From Mobula hypostoma (lineage: Eukaryota), in contig NC_086108.1 in assembly GCF_963921235.1 (NCBI RefSeq), forward strand, positions 117,430,001-117,494,000: a stretch of DNA of 64,000 nt, written 5' to 3'. Positions 13,401 through 25,935 of this stretch are shown here, one piece after another. How positions within the stretch are numbered: the stretch's first letter is position 1; each line of letters starts with the position of its first letter. The position numbers and the translations under genes were made by a program. Below the pieces are notes generated by a model, which saw nothing but the letters and a program-made list of their open reading frames with translations, did not search any database and was not told the origin of the DNA.

Positions 13401-14990
13401 TCTGCCCTTATCCCTCTCAACTTGCAGATAAAAACTTATCATATTATGGTCACTACCTCCTAATGGATCCTTTACTTCAAGATCACTTATCAAATCCTGT
13501 TCACTGCACAAAACTAAATCCAGAATAGCCTTATCCCTGGTCGGCTCTCGTACAAGCTGCTCCAAAAATGCATCCCGTAGGCACTCTACAAACTCCCTAT
13601 CCTGGGGTCCAGTACCAACCTGATTTTCCCAGTTCACAAGCATGTTGAAATCCCCCATAACTACTGCGATATTTCCTTTGCCACATGCCATTGTTAACTC
13701 CCTATTCAACTTGCACCCAATGGCCATGCTACTGTTTGGGAGTCTGTAGATAACACCTATTAGGGTCTTTTTGCCCTTACTGTTCCTCAGTTCTATCCAC
13801 ACTGACTCTACTTCTCCTGATTCTATGTCCCTCCTTGCAAGGGACTGAATCTCATTCCTCACCAACAGGGCCACACCACCCCCTCTGAATCCACCTGGCC
13901 AAACTTCCCTGGATCCCATGCCTTCTAACTTTCTGAATAAGCCTACCGTGTGGAACCTTGTCAAATGCCTTACAAACCCATATAGACCACATCCACTGCA
14001 CTACCCTCATCTATATGCCTGGTCACCTCCTCAAAGAACTCTATCAGGCTTGTAAGACACGATCTGCCCTTCACAAAGCCATGCTGACTGTCCCTGATCA
14101 GACCATGATTCTCTAAATGCCTATAGATCCTATCTCTAAGAACCTTTTCCAACAGCTTTCCCACCACAGGCTCACTGGTCTATAATTACCTGGACTATCC
14201 CTACTACCTTTTTTGAACAAGGGGACAACATTCGCCTCCCTCCAATCCTCCGGTACCATTCCCATGGACAACGAGGACATAAAGATCCTAGCCAGAGGTT
14301 CAGCAATCTCTTCTCTCGCCTCGTGGAGCAGCCTGGGGAATATTCCATCAGGCCCCGGGGACTTATCTGTCCTAATGTATTTTAACAACTCCAACACCTC
14401 CTCTCCCTTAATATCAACATGCTCCAGAACATCAACCTCACTCATATTGTCCTCACCGTCATCAAGTTCCCTCTCATTGGTGAATACCGAAGAGAAGTAT
14501 TCATTGAGGACCTCGCTCACTTCCACAGCCTCCAGGCACATCCTCCCACCTTTATCTCTAATCGGTCCTACCTTCACTCCTGTCATCCTTTTTTTCTTCA
14601 CATAATTGAAGAATGCCTTGGGGTTTTCCTTTACCCTACTCGCCAAGGCCTTCTCATGCCCCCTTCTTGCTCTTCTCAGCCCCTTCTTAAGCTCCTTTCT
14701 TGCTTCCCTATATTCCTCAATAGACCCATCTGATCCTTGCTTGCTAAACCTCATGTATGTTGCCTTCTTCCACCTGATTAGATTTTCCACCTCACTTGTC
14801 ACCCATGGTTCCTTCACCCTACCATTCTTTATCTTCCTCACCGGGACAAATTTATCCCTAACATCCCGCAAGAGATCTCTAAACATCAACCACATGTCCA
14901 TAGTACATTTCCCTGCAAAAACATCATCCCAATTCTAGCAAATCACCCGCAAGTTCTAGCCTTATAGCCTCATAATTTGCCTTTGGGAAA
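10488..14990 (-). mobile_element. CR1 LINE (same subfamily as 58550-62384), split by another CR1 at 11172-13883
   Basis: ORFs 14113..14901, 13970..14167, 10684..11097 and 10487..10699 are nearly identical to parts of ORF 59724..62321. Confidence 0.9.
11172..13883 (-). mobile_element. Nested CR1 LINE (APE to 3' tail), distinct subfamily
   Basis: ORF2 pieces 12456..13883, 12060..12434, 11552..12031 and 11262..11525; (CAATAGA)n tail at 11172; direct repeat TCTGA at 11167-11171 and 13884-13888. Confidence 0.9.
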
Positions 14991-17900
14991 GTATGTGGGA
15001 AGTCAGGGACAGCACAATTGTCCCTGATGACTACACCCGTAAAAGATGCATCCAGCTGCAGCTCCTGACAAATCGAGTTAGGGAACTGGAGCTGGAGCTG
15101 GATGAACTTCGGATCATTCATGAGGCAGGGGCAGAAATAGACAGGAGTTTCAGGGAGACAGTCACCCCTAAAAGTCAGGAGGCAGGTAGATGGGTGACTG
15201 TCAGGAGAGGGAAGGGGAATAGACAGAATGAGCAGAGCACCCCTGTGGCCGTTCCCATCAACAATAAGTATACCGTTTTGGATACTGTTGGTGGGGACGA
15301 CCTACCAGGGACAAGTTGTAGTGATCATGTCTCTGGCACTGAGACTGGACCCTCAGCTCAGAAGGGAAGGAGGGAAAAGAGGAGAGCAGTAGTGATAAGG
15401 GATTCAATAGTTAGGGGGACAGATAAGAGGTTCTGTGGGAGAGATCGAGAATCTTGGATGGTCTGTTGCCAGGGTCCGCGATATCTCGGATCGAGTTCTC
15501 GGTATTCTCAGGAGGGAGGGTGAGCAGCCAGATGTCGTGGTCCATGTAGGGGGAGGAGGAGGTCCTGCAAAGAGAGTTTAGGGAGTTAGGTGCAAAGTTG
15601 AAGGACGGGACTTCCAGGGTTGCAATCTCAGGATTGCTACCCGTGCCGCATGCTAGTGAGGCTAGAAATAGGAAGATAATGCAGCTAAATACGTGGCTAA
15701 GGAGTTGGTGCAGGAGGGATGGCTTCATGTTTCTGGACAATTGGGCTTTGTTCCAGGGAAGGTGAGACCTGTTCCGACGGGACGGTTTGCACCTGAACTG
15801 GAGGGGGACCAACATCTTTGCGGGAAGGTTTGCTGGTGCTGCTCTGGGGGGTTTAAACTAGATTTGCAGGGGGAGGGGAACCAGAGTGTTAGAGCAGATA
15901 GTGAGGTGGAGGAGGATAAAGGTCATACAAGGACTGCATGTACAGACAGAAATCAAAGGTTTGTACCTGATAGAAATGTTCTCAGGTGTAGGTAAGGCAG
16001 ATGAGTTTAGGGCGTGGATTAGCACGTGGGATTATGACATTATTGCTATTAGTGAGACTTGGTTGCAGGAGGGGCAGGACTGGCAGCTTAATGTTCCAGG
16101 GTTCTATCATTTCAGACGTGATAGGGGGGAGGGATGAAAGGAGGAGGAGTGGCATTACTAGTCAGGGAAAATATCACAGCTGTGCATAGACAGGACAGCC
16201 CAGAGGGCTTGTCTACAGCGGCCATATGGGTGGAGCTGAGGAATGGAAAGGTGTGATCACATTAATAGGGTTGTATTATAGACCACCCAATAGCCAGAGA
16301 AAATTGGAGAAGCAAATCTGTAGACAGATAGCAACCAATGTAAGAAACAGAAAGTTGTAATAGTAGGGATTTTAACTTTCCACATATTGACTGGGACTCC
16401 CACACTGTGAAAGGGCTAGATGGCTTGGAGCTTGTCAAATGAGTACAGGAAAGTTTTCTAGATCAATATATAGAGGTACCTACGAGAGAGGATCCAATTC
16501 TTAATCTCCTATTAGGGAACCAGACAGGTCAGGTGACAGAAGTATGTGTAGGCGAACATTTTGGGTCCAGTGACCATAATGTCATTAGTTTCAAGTTAAT
16601 TATGGATAAGGATAGGTCTGGTCCTCGAGTTGAGGTTCTAAATTGGAGAAGGGCCAATTTTGTGGAAATGAGAAAGGATCTAGGAAGAGTAGATTGGTAT
16701 AAGCTGTTTTCTGGCAAGGATGCATTCAGTAAGTGGAAGACCTTCAAAGGCGAAATTTTGAGCAGAGTTTGCATGTTCCTGCTAGGATTAAAGGCAAAGT
16801 TAATGGGCATAGGGAACCTTGTTTTTCAAGGGATATTGGTGACCTGGTTAAGAAAAAGAGAGAGGTGTATAGCAGGTATAGTCAACAAAGAACAATTGAG
16901 GTACTTGAAGAGTATAGAAAATGAAAGAAAATACTAAAGAATGAAATCAGGAAGGCAAAAAGAAGACATGAGGTTGCTTTGGCAGATAATGTGAAGGTAA
17001 ACTCAAAGGGTTTCTACAAGTATATTAAGAGTAAAAGGATAGTAAGGGACAAAATTGGTCCCCTAGAAGATCAAAGTGGTCGTCTATGTGTGGAGTCTCA
17101 CAAGATGGGGGAGACCTTAAACAGTTTTTTGCATCAGTATTTACTCAGCAAACTGGCATAGTGTATATGGAAGGAAGGGAAACAAGCAGTAGTGTCATGG
17201 ACCATATAGAGATTAAAGAGGAGGAGGTGCTTGCTGTCTTACAGCAAGTAGGGGAGATAAATCCCCTGGGCCTGACATGATATTTCCTCAGACCTTGAGA
17301 GAGACTAGTGTATAAATTGCAGGGGGCCTGGCAGAAATATTTAAAATGTTCACGGGTGCCGTGCTGGAGGATTGGAGGGTAGCTCACGTTGTTCTGTTGT
17401 TTAAAAACGGCTCCAAAAGTAAACCAGGTAATTACAGGCCAGTGAGCCTGACATCAGTGGTAGGTAAATTATTGGAAGGTGTTCTGAGAGATTAGATTTA
17501 CAACTATTTGGACAGTCAAGGGCTGATTAAGGATAGTCAGCATGGCTTCGTGCGTGGTAGATCGTGTTTAACGAATCTTGTAGAGTTTTTCGAGGAGGTT
17601 ACCAAGAAAGTAGATGAAGGAAAGGCTGTGGATATTGTCTACATGGACTTTAATAAGGCCTTTGACAAGGTCCCACATGGGAGGTTAGTTCAGAAGGTTC
17701 AGACACTAGGTATTCATGGAGAGGTTGTAAACTGGATTCGAAATTGGCTGTGTGGGAGAAGACAGAGAGTGGTAGTTGATGATTGCTTCTCAGACTGGAG
17801 GCCTGTGACTTTTTTAGTGGTGTGCCTCAGGGGTCTGTGCTGGGACCATTGTTGTTTGTTGCCTATATCAATGATATAGATGATAATGTGGTAAATTGGG

Positions 17901-18822
17901 TCAGCAAATTTGCTGATGACACTAAGATTGGAGGCGTTGTGGACAGCGAAGAAGGCTTTCAAAGCTTGAACAGGGGTCTGGACCAACTGGAAAAATGGGC
18001 CAGAAAATGGCAGATGGAACCTAATGCAGACAAGTGTGAGGTGTTGCATTTTGGAAGGACAAATCAAGGTAGGACATATACAGTAAATGGTAGGGCACTG
18101 AGGAGTACGGAGGAACAAAGGGATCTGGGAGCTCAGATACATAGTTCCCTGAAAGTGGCGTCACAGGCAGACAGGGTTGTAAAGAAGGCTTTTGGCATCC
18201 TGGCATTCATAAATCAAAGTATTGAGTATAGGAGTTGAGATGTTATGAGAAGAGTGTATAAGACATTGGTGAGGCCAAGTTTGGACTATTGTGTACAGTT
18301 TGGTCACCTAACTATAGGAAGGATATCAGTAAGATTGAAAGAGTGCAGAGAAGATTTACTAGGATGTTGCCGGGTCTTCAGGAGTTGAGTTACAGGGAAA
18401 GATTGAACAGGTTAGGACTTTATTCCTTGGAGTGTAGAAGAATGAGGGGGGATTTGATAGAGGTTAGCAAAATTATGAGGGGTATAGACAGAGTAAATGC
18501 GAGTAGGCTCTTTCCACTTCGATTAGGAGAGATAAATATGAGAGGACATGGCTTTAGGGTGAAAGGAGAAAGGTTTAGGGGAAACATTAGAGGGAACTTC
18601 CTCACTCAGAGTGGTGGGAGTGTGGAACGAGCCTATCTGATGTGGTAAATGCAGGCCACTCTTAAGTTTTAAGAATAAATTTATTCTCAAATCCATGGAT
18701 GGGAGAGGTCTGGAGGGTTATGGACTGGGTGCAGGTCAATGGGGCTCATGGAATAAAGTTTCGGCACAGACTAGAAGGTCCGAATGGCCTGTTTTCTGTG
18801 CTGTAGTGTTCTATGGTTCTAT
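14991..18822 (+). mobile_element. Long decayed CR1 LINE (ORF1 esterase, ORF2 APE-RT, 3' tail)
   Basis: ORF1 motifs at 14993..15523, APE motif GSSDHN, RT motifs QHGF and FADD, and tail GTGTTCTATGGTTCTA. Many stops and frameshifts. Confidence 0.9.
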
Positions 18823-18889
18823 TTAGAGACTGTTGGGTATGACGATGTGGGCATCAGAGTCGTTGCTGAAAGAAGATCATAGTAAAGGG

Positions 18890-19945
18890 CTTAACACCTG
18901 AGTATGTACTGTGTATCGAAAGGACAAGCAGGTAGGCAGAAAGGGTAGTGTGCCTCTGTTAGAAAAAAATTAAATCAAATCCTTAGAAAGAGGTGAAATT
19001 GGATCAGAAGGTATAAAATTGTTGTGGATAGAGTTAAAAATAGCAAGGGAGTTATATGCAGGCCTCTGAACAGTAGCCAGGATGTGGGCTAGAAATTACA
19101 ATGGGAGTTAGAAAACACATGTGAAAAGGGCACTGTTATGATAGTCATGGAGAATTTCAATATGCTAGTAGATTAGGAATATCAGGTTGTGCTGGATCTT
19201 ATATAGATAAGATAGAAGTAGGAAAGTTGTTTCCATTGGTAGGTGAGACTAGAACTAGGGGACATTGCCTCAAGATTCAGGGAAGAAGATTTAGGACGGA
19301 GATGAGGAGAAACTGTTTTTCCCCAGAGAGTGGTGAATCTGTGGAATTCTCTGCCCAGGGAAGCAGTTGAGGCTTCCTCACTAAATATATTTAAGAAACA
19401 GTTAGATAGGTTTTTACATAGTAAGGGAATTAAGGGTTATGGGGAAAAGGCAGGTAGATGGAGCTGAGTTTACGGACAGATCAGCCATGATCTTATTGAA
19501 TGGCGGGGCAGGCTCGATGGGCCGGATGGCCCACTCCTGCTCCTATTTCTTATGTTCTTTTTTTAACCAAGAGGGAGAATTTATAGAATGCCTACAAGAT
19601 TCCCTGAGTTGGGCAGCGACCAATCAACAAGAGGGAGTGTGTAAAAAGTGCTACCTTTCAATCAGGTCCATGATCAAGATTTAAAAGGCAGAGCTTCGTG
19701 GTAGTTTCGCTGAGTTGGGCTGTGACTAATCAACAAGAGGGATTCATTAGAAAGGGCGAGTAAAAATAATGTATGAACAAACAGAGTGGCCATTCTTTTG
19801 TGTGCCAGTTTTAGAGTGGTTTTGGCTCATCAGGCTTGGGCGGATGAAGTACCTGATAAGTTTTAGACTATAGGACCATAAGATATAGGAGTAGAATTAG
19901 GCCATTTGGCCCATCGAGTCTGCTCAGTCATTTCATCATGGCTTG
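18890..19945. mobile_element. Mosaic of short CR1 fragments
   Basis: APE remnant interrupted by a CR1 3' end (19200-19560), plus a minus-strand CR1 tail at ~19870-19945. Confidence 0.65.
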
Positions 19946-20289
19946 TTGGCCAAAAGAAACTACAGTCTACAATTAATGGATTTGACGAATCAAGGACAGG
20001 AGAAGCATACAAACCAGATGTCTTTGTTTCTCCCCATTTTCTGGACTCTGAACTGATTCTTGCTCTGGGATAATTTAATCAGAGAAATTGAATGTGGACA
20101 CAAGGAACTTCAGGTAATGACCTGCTAAATCAGAGACCATTCTCCGATGAGTACCTACTTATGTAAAATACTGGACCTACCAAAGAAGCAATCTGTAATC
20201 GCATTAGACTATGTCTAGGTCACCTTACTTAACTGGTCTGGACCAGTCAGAGTTGAAAGGCACAAGTACACAAGGCAGGGGTGAATAGA

Positions 20290-21508
20290 ACCGTGAAACA
20301 ATGTTGGTTGTGAGATATGTTACAAGAAATCCTAGAAAATCGGCAAAAAGCTGAAGCCAAGCGAGATAGGTTAGGAGGAGAACACAAAGGGCTCCAAAAG
20401 GAGGTAGAAACCTTTAGAGAAAGGGTTACTGGTTTATAGGGTCAGAGAGATATGCATTTGATGTATATGAACCAGTTTCAGTTGATGTGTGAGAAATTAC
20501 TTACAGAAAAAAATAAACAGGCGGAAGCAGCCATACGAGCCAAGGATGAAGTGGAAGGATTAAGGAAACATAGAAAGATAGAAAATAGGTGCAGGAATAG
20601 GCCATTCGGCCCTTTGAGCCTGCACCACCATTCAGTATGATCATGGCTGATCATCCAACTCAGAACCCTGTACCAGCCTTCCCTCCATACCCCCTGATCC
20701 CTTTAGCCACAAGGGCCATATCTAACTCCCTCTTAAATATAGCCAATGAACTGGCCTCAACTGTTTCCTGTGGCAGAGAATTCCACAGAAACAGTGCAGT
20801 GATTTAAAGACGGCAATGAACGTGATTCAGAAATCAGCACAGAAAACGAAGAGTAACACTGCCGATCGTGCCAGTGTTTAAAGCAGATCCAAAAGCTGCA
20901 GGACCAACTTGCTGCACAGTGAGGAATAACATGTGCTTTTAGATCTGAAAGAGAGGAGGAAGGTGAATATGGAGATATTGACTGGCTTGATTTAGCTGAT
21001 GAAGCTACTAGATATGGTTATGATAATTAAGAAGCACCATTTCCCGAAGATCTCCCACCAACACCGTACGAATGGGAGCCGGTGCTACTGTCTGCACAAT
21101 TGGCACTCCTAGTTACTGTCAGAGAGGGGAGAGCTGGGGGAGGAAATCAAAATCAAAATATAATATACACCACACCGTTCGGGGTACAGCAGTTTAGAGA
21201 TATTGCTAAGGACATCAGGACATGTGTGTTCGGAGATGATCCGTAAGAGCTTTTTCAAGCAACTAGTCATCAGAGAGTAACACGTGGCCGAAATGTCTCC
21301 GAGGAAAATAAATTGATTATAATGTGTTTGCATTCAAAATATACACTCAGATTTGCGACATATACAATGACATGGTGGGGAAACACGTGAGGAATTAGAG
21401 AACACAATATTGACTGTTATGGGTGTTAATAGAGGGGTCCCGGTACATGCGCTAGCCAAATGTTACAAGAGAAGGGATGAACATCTCACTGCGTTTGCAT
21501 CCCACCTA
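20290..21508 (+). pseudogene. gag: gag-like remnant: coiled-coil region followed by a capsid-like domain
   Basis: Removing the CR1 tail 20571-20787 (direct repeat GAAACA) restores the frame EVEGLRKQCSDLKTAMNVIQK. Downstream are YTTPFGVQQFRDIAKDI and the MHR-like LAKCYKRRDEHLTAFASHL. Confidence 0.6.
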
Positions 21509-21990
21509 GTGAAATTGTGGAAAGGATGAATCAAACACTAAGAAATATGATTTCAAAAATGGTGCATCAACATGGCTGGTAGTTTTGCCTTATGCTTTGA
21601 TGATAATAAGGAATATAGTGGCATCTTTAACAGGTTACACCCCTTATAAATTTATGACTGGAAGAGACAGAGAGGATTAGAGGAGTTGTTAGGATTAGAT
21701 TAGTAAGAACCTAAAATGGATGGAATTGTATCAGAAATTGGTAGAGATGGAGAAAGAGGCTAATTATGTGGCAGCCCATCAACTAGGAAAGAAGCAACAG
21801 AGTAATGTCTACTTTGATTCAGAAGTCAATCCCCTGGAATTAAGCCCAGGACAAAGATTGATGATTAGAATACACCAACCCACCTCATTTTTTAAAATCC
21901 AAGGTTTGCAGGGCCCTATGGTACTTCAGTGTACAAAATATTGATATGGTGGTACCATATCGACCAGCTGAAATTGGTAGGGGAGAGGCA
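21508..21990 (+). pseudogene. Integrase C-terminal half
   Basis: SEIVERMNQTLRNMISK (catalytic E helix), TGYTPYKFMTGR, LSPGQRLMIR, PRFAGPY (GPY/F motif) and WYHIDQLKL. Confidence 0.85.
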
Positions 21991-22029
21991 GGAATATTAT
22001 CACCATCAGCACATAACAATTGATGTACA

Positions 22030-22724
22030 TGTAAGGGGGTTTCGACTTTTATGTTACATGCGGAGGCTAATTAAAATGGCGTCTTTGTTATGTTAATCTG
22101 GGGAATGCGGCTTTGTTGTGTTAAACGCTGAGAAAGTTTGCGCTAGCAGCTTGTTTTTGCTTTAGAGTGTGATAAGAAAGTGTTATTAACCAATTGGGAT
22201 AGTTGTTATGTTTTTGGTGTATTTGAAGACACCGTATGCGCAGGGTTTTGGGGGAGAAGGCGGGAGAGCAAGACAGAGGATGGACGAGGTGCTGTGAGTC
22301 CGCTAACGGGGTCAGACCCTGAGCGGGACGTTCGGCAAGGAGACGGAGACGGACTCGTGTGGAGCGTCTGGTCGACCACCGTTGTTGGTCCCAGGCGGCC
22401 GGTCGAGGTGGTCCGAGGGGTCGCAGGGTGAAGAAGAAGGTCCTTGAGCTCCAACGGTTTTGTGCACGAAGATATTGAACTTTGATAAGTGTGGCACCTT
22501 TATTTTTCCTTTTATATTTTATTCTCTCTTAATTATATAGTTCCAGTAATATCTATAAACTGTACATCATTTAATTGTATCTGGTGTATTGTCTGTTATT
22601 TGGGCGGTGTGGGGTACATCACACAGCATCCACACAAACTAATTACCCAGTTTGGCGGGGCCGAGGCTGTTTCCCTAGACGACAGCGAGCCGAGCGACCC
22701 TGAGGGTGGCCAGGGGGGGCTACA
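22030..22724. mobile_element. Solo LTR, probably Gypsy-type
   Basis: Begins TGTA and ends TACA. 4-bp TSD TACA at 22026-22029 and 22725-22728. 695 bp, no credible ORF. Confidence 0.8.
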
Positions 22725-23507
22725 TACATGATAGTCCTGATTTGGGAGACTTGAGGATGGAACAACTGTTCCAGGAAGATGGGGACCAGTCCTATCAAGG
22801 GGTTGATTTTCAGTTCCCCCATTCTGAGAACCAGGGGAGTTTTGTCAAACATTCAAAGGAAAAGGAAAATATGCCAGTGCTTGTTGCCTCTCCTATCCCA
22901 AAACAAAATTGGATGATGAAAAATGGACGCCTCGAGTCCAAAGACAATTGGGAGTCTGGATTGGGTGGTCTAGAAACACAAAGAAAATACGGACTTAAAA
23001 TAATTTAAGATTTAAACTGGAAATAAGAGCAAAAATTACCTTTGTGTGTTGCAGGTTTAATTTAAAAGTAAGGTATTTTGCTGCAATGGAAATAACCATG
23101 ACTGGGGCCATGGTCAGCCTTGTTCCAGAGTCATTACAACAGACAAACATGTCAACAGTGATGTCGTTGCTTGGAAAACACTCAGTAGAAAACAAAAACA
23201 GATCTTTTCAATGAACATGGGTAAAATGGTCTAACAAAGAAGAAATGGAGGACTCAAATTTGTATTATTCTGGTTTAGATAGCTTGACATGCCAGGACAA
23301 AATCTTCCAGAAGATCTTGACTTCAAGAAGAAGTATTCCAGAAGATACAAAGGTACAGTTCCTATGCAATAAAATTCTAGAGGTGACATTATTCAGCATA
23401 CCAGAGGGGATAATCGTAAGTCCGTCTGTAGGTCCAATTATCGAGTAGCCTTCAAGTAATGATGGTCACGGTAAGATTAAGGATCTGTGAGATCACACAT
23501 ATGAATA

Positions 23508-25935
23508 TTGAGTGAGGCAGTGAGTGATCTACACAAGAGGTATATTGACTGGGGTGGTCACACCAAACATTTCTCAAGGGCTGCTTCCATCAATATAAAC
23601 TGCTCTCAGGAGGATGTAGTACACGGGGAGAGTAGAATGAGGAAGGCACCAAAGGACATGGAGAAAAGTTTCTGTCAGGGGCCAGGCCCTTACCAGGTTT
23701 TCGAAACAATTAGAAAAATCACTACTCCATACCCACAAGTGATGGAAACTACACCAGAGCATAAATGTAGTGAGACCCAGCATAATACAAATGGGGTAGG
23801 ATTAGTGTTAGAAGATACAGGGGAATTTGTCGCTTTGGTACCAGGGTACCAGCACGTGCAGGAAATCTTTAATCTAACTGAAATAATGGTGCCTGAATGG
23901 TGCTCACCAACAACAAAATGATTATTTACTCACCTTCTTGGGAGACAACTAAACAGGAGTGAGTTAAGCCAGTCAAAAATAGAAGGAAAAAGAGGACTAC
24001 TGGAACTAGTGGGAGCAGTTTATGCATCAGGGTAGCAACAGTCAACACTCTAGATATAGCAGAATTAGAAAACCATATACGGTCCCTCCCAGCAGAAAAT
24101 AGGGGATATTACTGGAGAAAATGATCAAGATCATAGAACATAGAACAGTACAGCACAGTACAGGCCCTTCGGCCCACATTGTTGTGCCGACCCTCAAACC
24201 CTGCCTCCAATATAAACCCCCACCTTAAATTCCTCCATATACCTGACTACTAGTCTCTTAAATTTCACTAGTGTATCTGCCTCCACCACTGATTCAGGCA
24301 GTGCATTCCACACACCAACCACTCTCTGAGTAAAAGACCTTCCTCTAATATCCCCCTTGAACTTCCCACCCGTAACCTTACAGCCATGTCCTCTTGTATT
24401 GAGCAGTGGTGCCCTGGGGAAGAGGCGCTGGCTATCCACTCTATCTGTTCCTCTTAATATCTTGTATACCTCTATCATGTCTCCTCTCATCCTCCTTCTC
24501 TCCAAAGAGTAAAGCCCTAGCTCCCTTAATCTCTGATCATAATGCATACTCTCTAAACCAGGCAGCATCCTGGTAAATCTCCTCTGTACCCTTTCCAATG
24601 CTTCCACATCCTTCTTATGGTGAGGCGACCAGAACTGGACACAGGTACAAACTAATTAGATTGGATGAGATGCATCCCAGGTAACTAGATGTGGTTAAAT
24701 TTCTGAAGCCCCTTCAAGATACAACAAATCTGATTATTGACTACATAGATCTCATGTCTAAGGAAATGCATAAAACTGAGATCTGTGCAAGAAATGCTAG
24801 TTGGTTGCTTACCACGATTGGCACTAATTTATTACAACTTGATGCACTTGATAGGTATCTGAGTAGCCAGGGCATCAAAGGTTATGGTGAGAAGGCGGGG
24901 GAGTGGGACTAAATGGGATAATGGATCAGCTCGTGATAAAATGGCGGAACAGACTCGATGGGCCAAATGGCCAACTTCTGCTCCTTTGTCTTATGGTGTA
25001 AGTACCTAACTGGGTCTTAGATGACCATCTGAAAGAATGGGTTGGAGAAAGGTTGCCATTGTGTCATATTAGAGGCCTTACTGGGTACCTGTGATGATGG
25101 TAAATGAAGGTTCTATGTCAGAGCAGTATTCCACAGTCCCCGACATGGAAATAATTCAACCTACTCTTTGAATAGGGTTCACAATGTTGGTAAATATCAT
25201 GAGAATACCTGGATATCCTTAAGTATCCACCAACACATGATATTGTTATGAATGGTACTGGGAAAGGGATAGATTTATCAAGATGCCACCAATGGGGAAA
25301 CCACTGGTCTTGTCCAGAAGAGTTGACAAAGCAAAAGTTTACAAATTGTGGTTTCAGTACTTTTGAAAATTGTTCATTGTCAATTTTTCTTGTGAATAAT
25401 CAGTCTTTTTCACAATATGCATTTGTGGGACAGACATACTACATAGCAACAGCGACCACAAGTTATACTAAAGGATGGAAACAATGTCTTTGGAAAGTTA
25501 CAATGTTGCCATAAGCAATGTGACTTTAGATCTGGCCATTAGAGGACAAACTTTCCTTCAGCCAGCAGGAACACAGTAATGATGGAGAACTTCAAGATCC
25601 AACGCACTGATACAGATATATAGCTACGGGACTAAGTCGTTACTGAGTTGCCACCAATTCCTCACTTGACTGCAGACTAGACACTTGTTGTGGAGGAGGC
25701 AAAGGAGATAATCCATCAATGGACGAAGCACACTAAAGTAATTGAAACACATGCTGGTAAGGCAAATGAAATAATGAGTGACCCAGGCTTTTGGAGTAAG
25801 TTTTGGAATTGGGGGACAAGTGTTCAAATACATCCATGGGTAAGAATAGTATCACAGGATATTATAATACTGATTTTATGTACCCTGATAATTGTATTGT
25901 TTAATGTATGTCAACTGAGGAGGACAGAAGTAATA
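23508..25935 (+). pseudogene. env: env-like class I fusion glycoprotein remnant with paramyxo/pneumovirus F-like layout
   Basis: In order: GVGLVLEDTGEF..WCSP; basic cleavage site at 23981-23993; fusion peptide GLLELVGAVYASG; heptad region; Cys-rich GIDLSRCHQWGNHWSC..NCGFSTFENC; second heptad; Trp-rich stretch; TM segment IIILILCTLIIVLFNV. The true start is uncertain. Confidence 0.72.
24131..24643 (-). mobile_element. CR1 3' end inserted in env
   Basis: ORF 24194..24607 is nearly identical to the C-terminus of ORF 59724..62321; (CATAGAA)n tail. Confidence 0.9.

Larger units (their letters stand above)
19946..25935 (+). mobile_element. Decayed endogenous retrovirus-like element (gag, integrase C-terminus, F-type env), lokiretrovirus-like
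   Basis: Gag, integrase and env remnants are collinear on the + strand, interrupted by CR1 tails and a solo LTR. No LTRs of its own were recognised. Confidence 0.75.

Noticed and set aside
12456..13964. 502-aa ORF as a single gene
   Set aside because: It is a chimera across the junction of two CR1 elements; its first ~27 residues are out-of-frame host CR1 sequence.
19598..19860. Candidate 5' LTR of the retrovirus-like element
   Set aside because: No TG..CA boundaries, primer-binding site or matching 3' copy. It looks more like a LINE 5' UTR with a short internal duplication.
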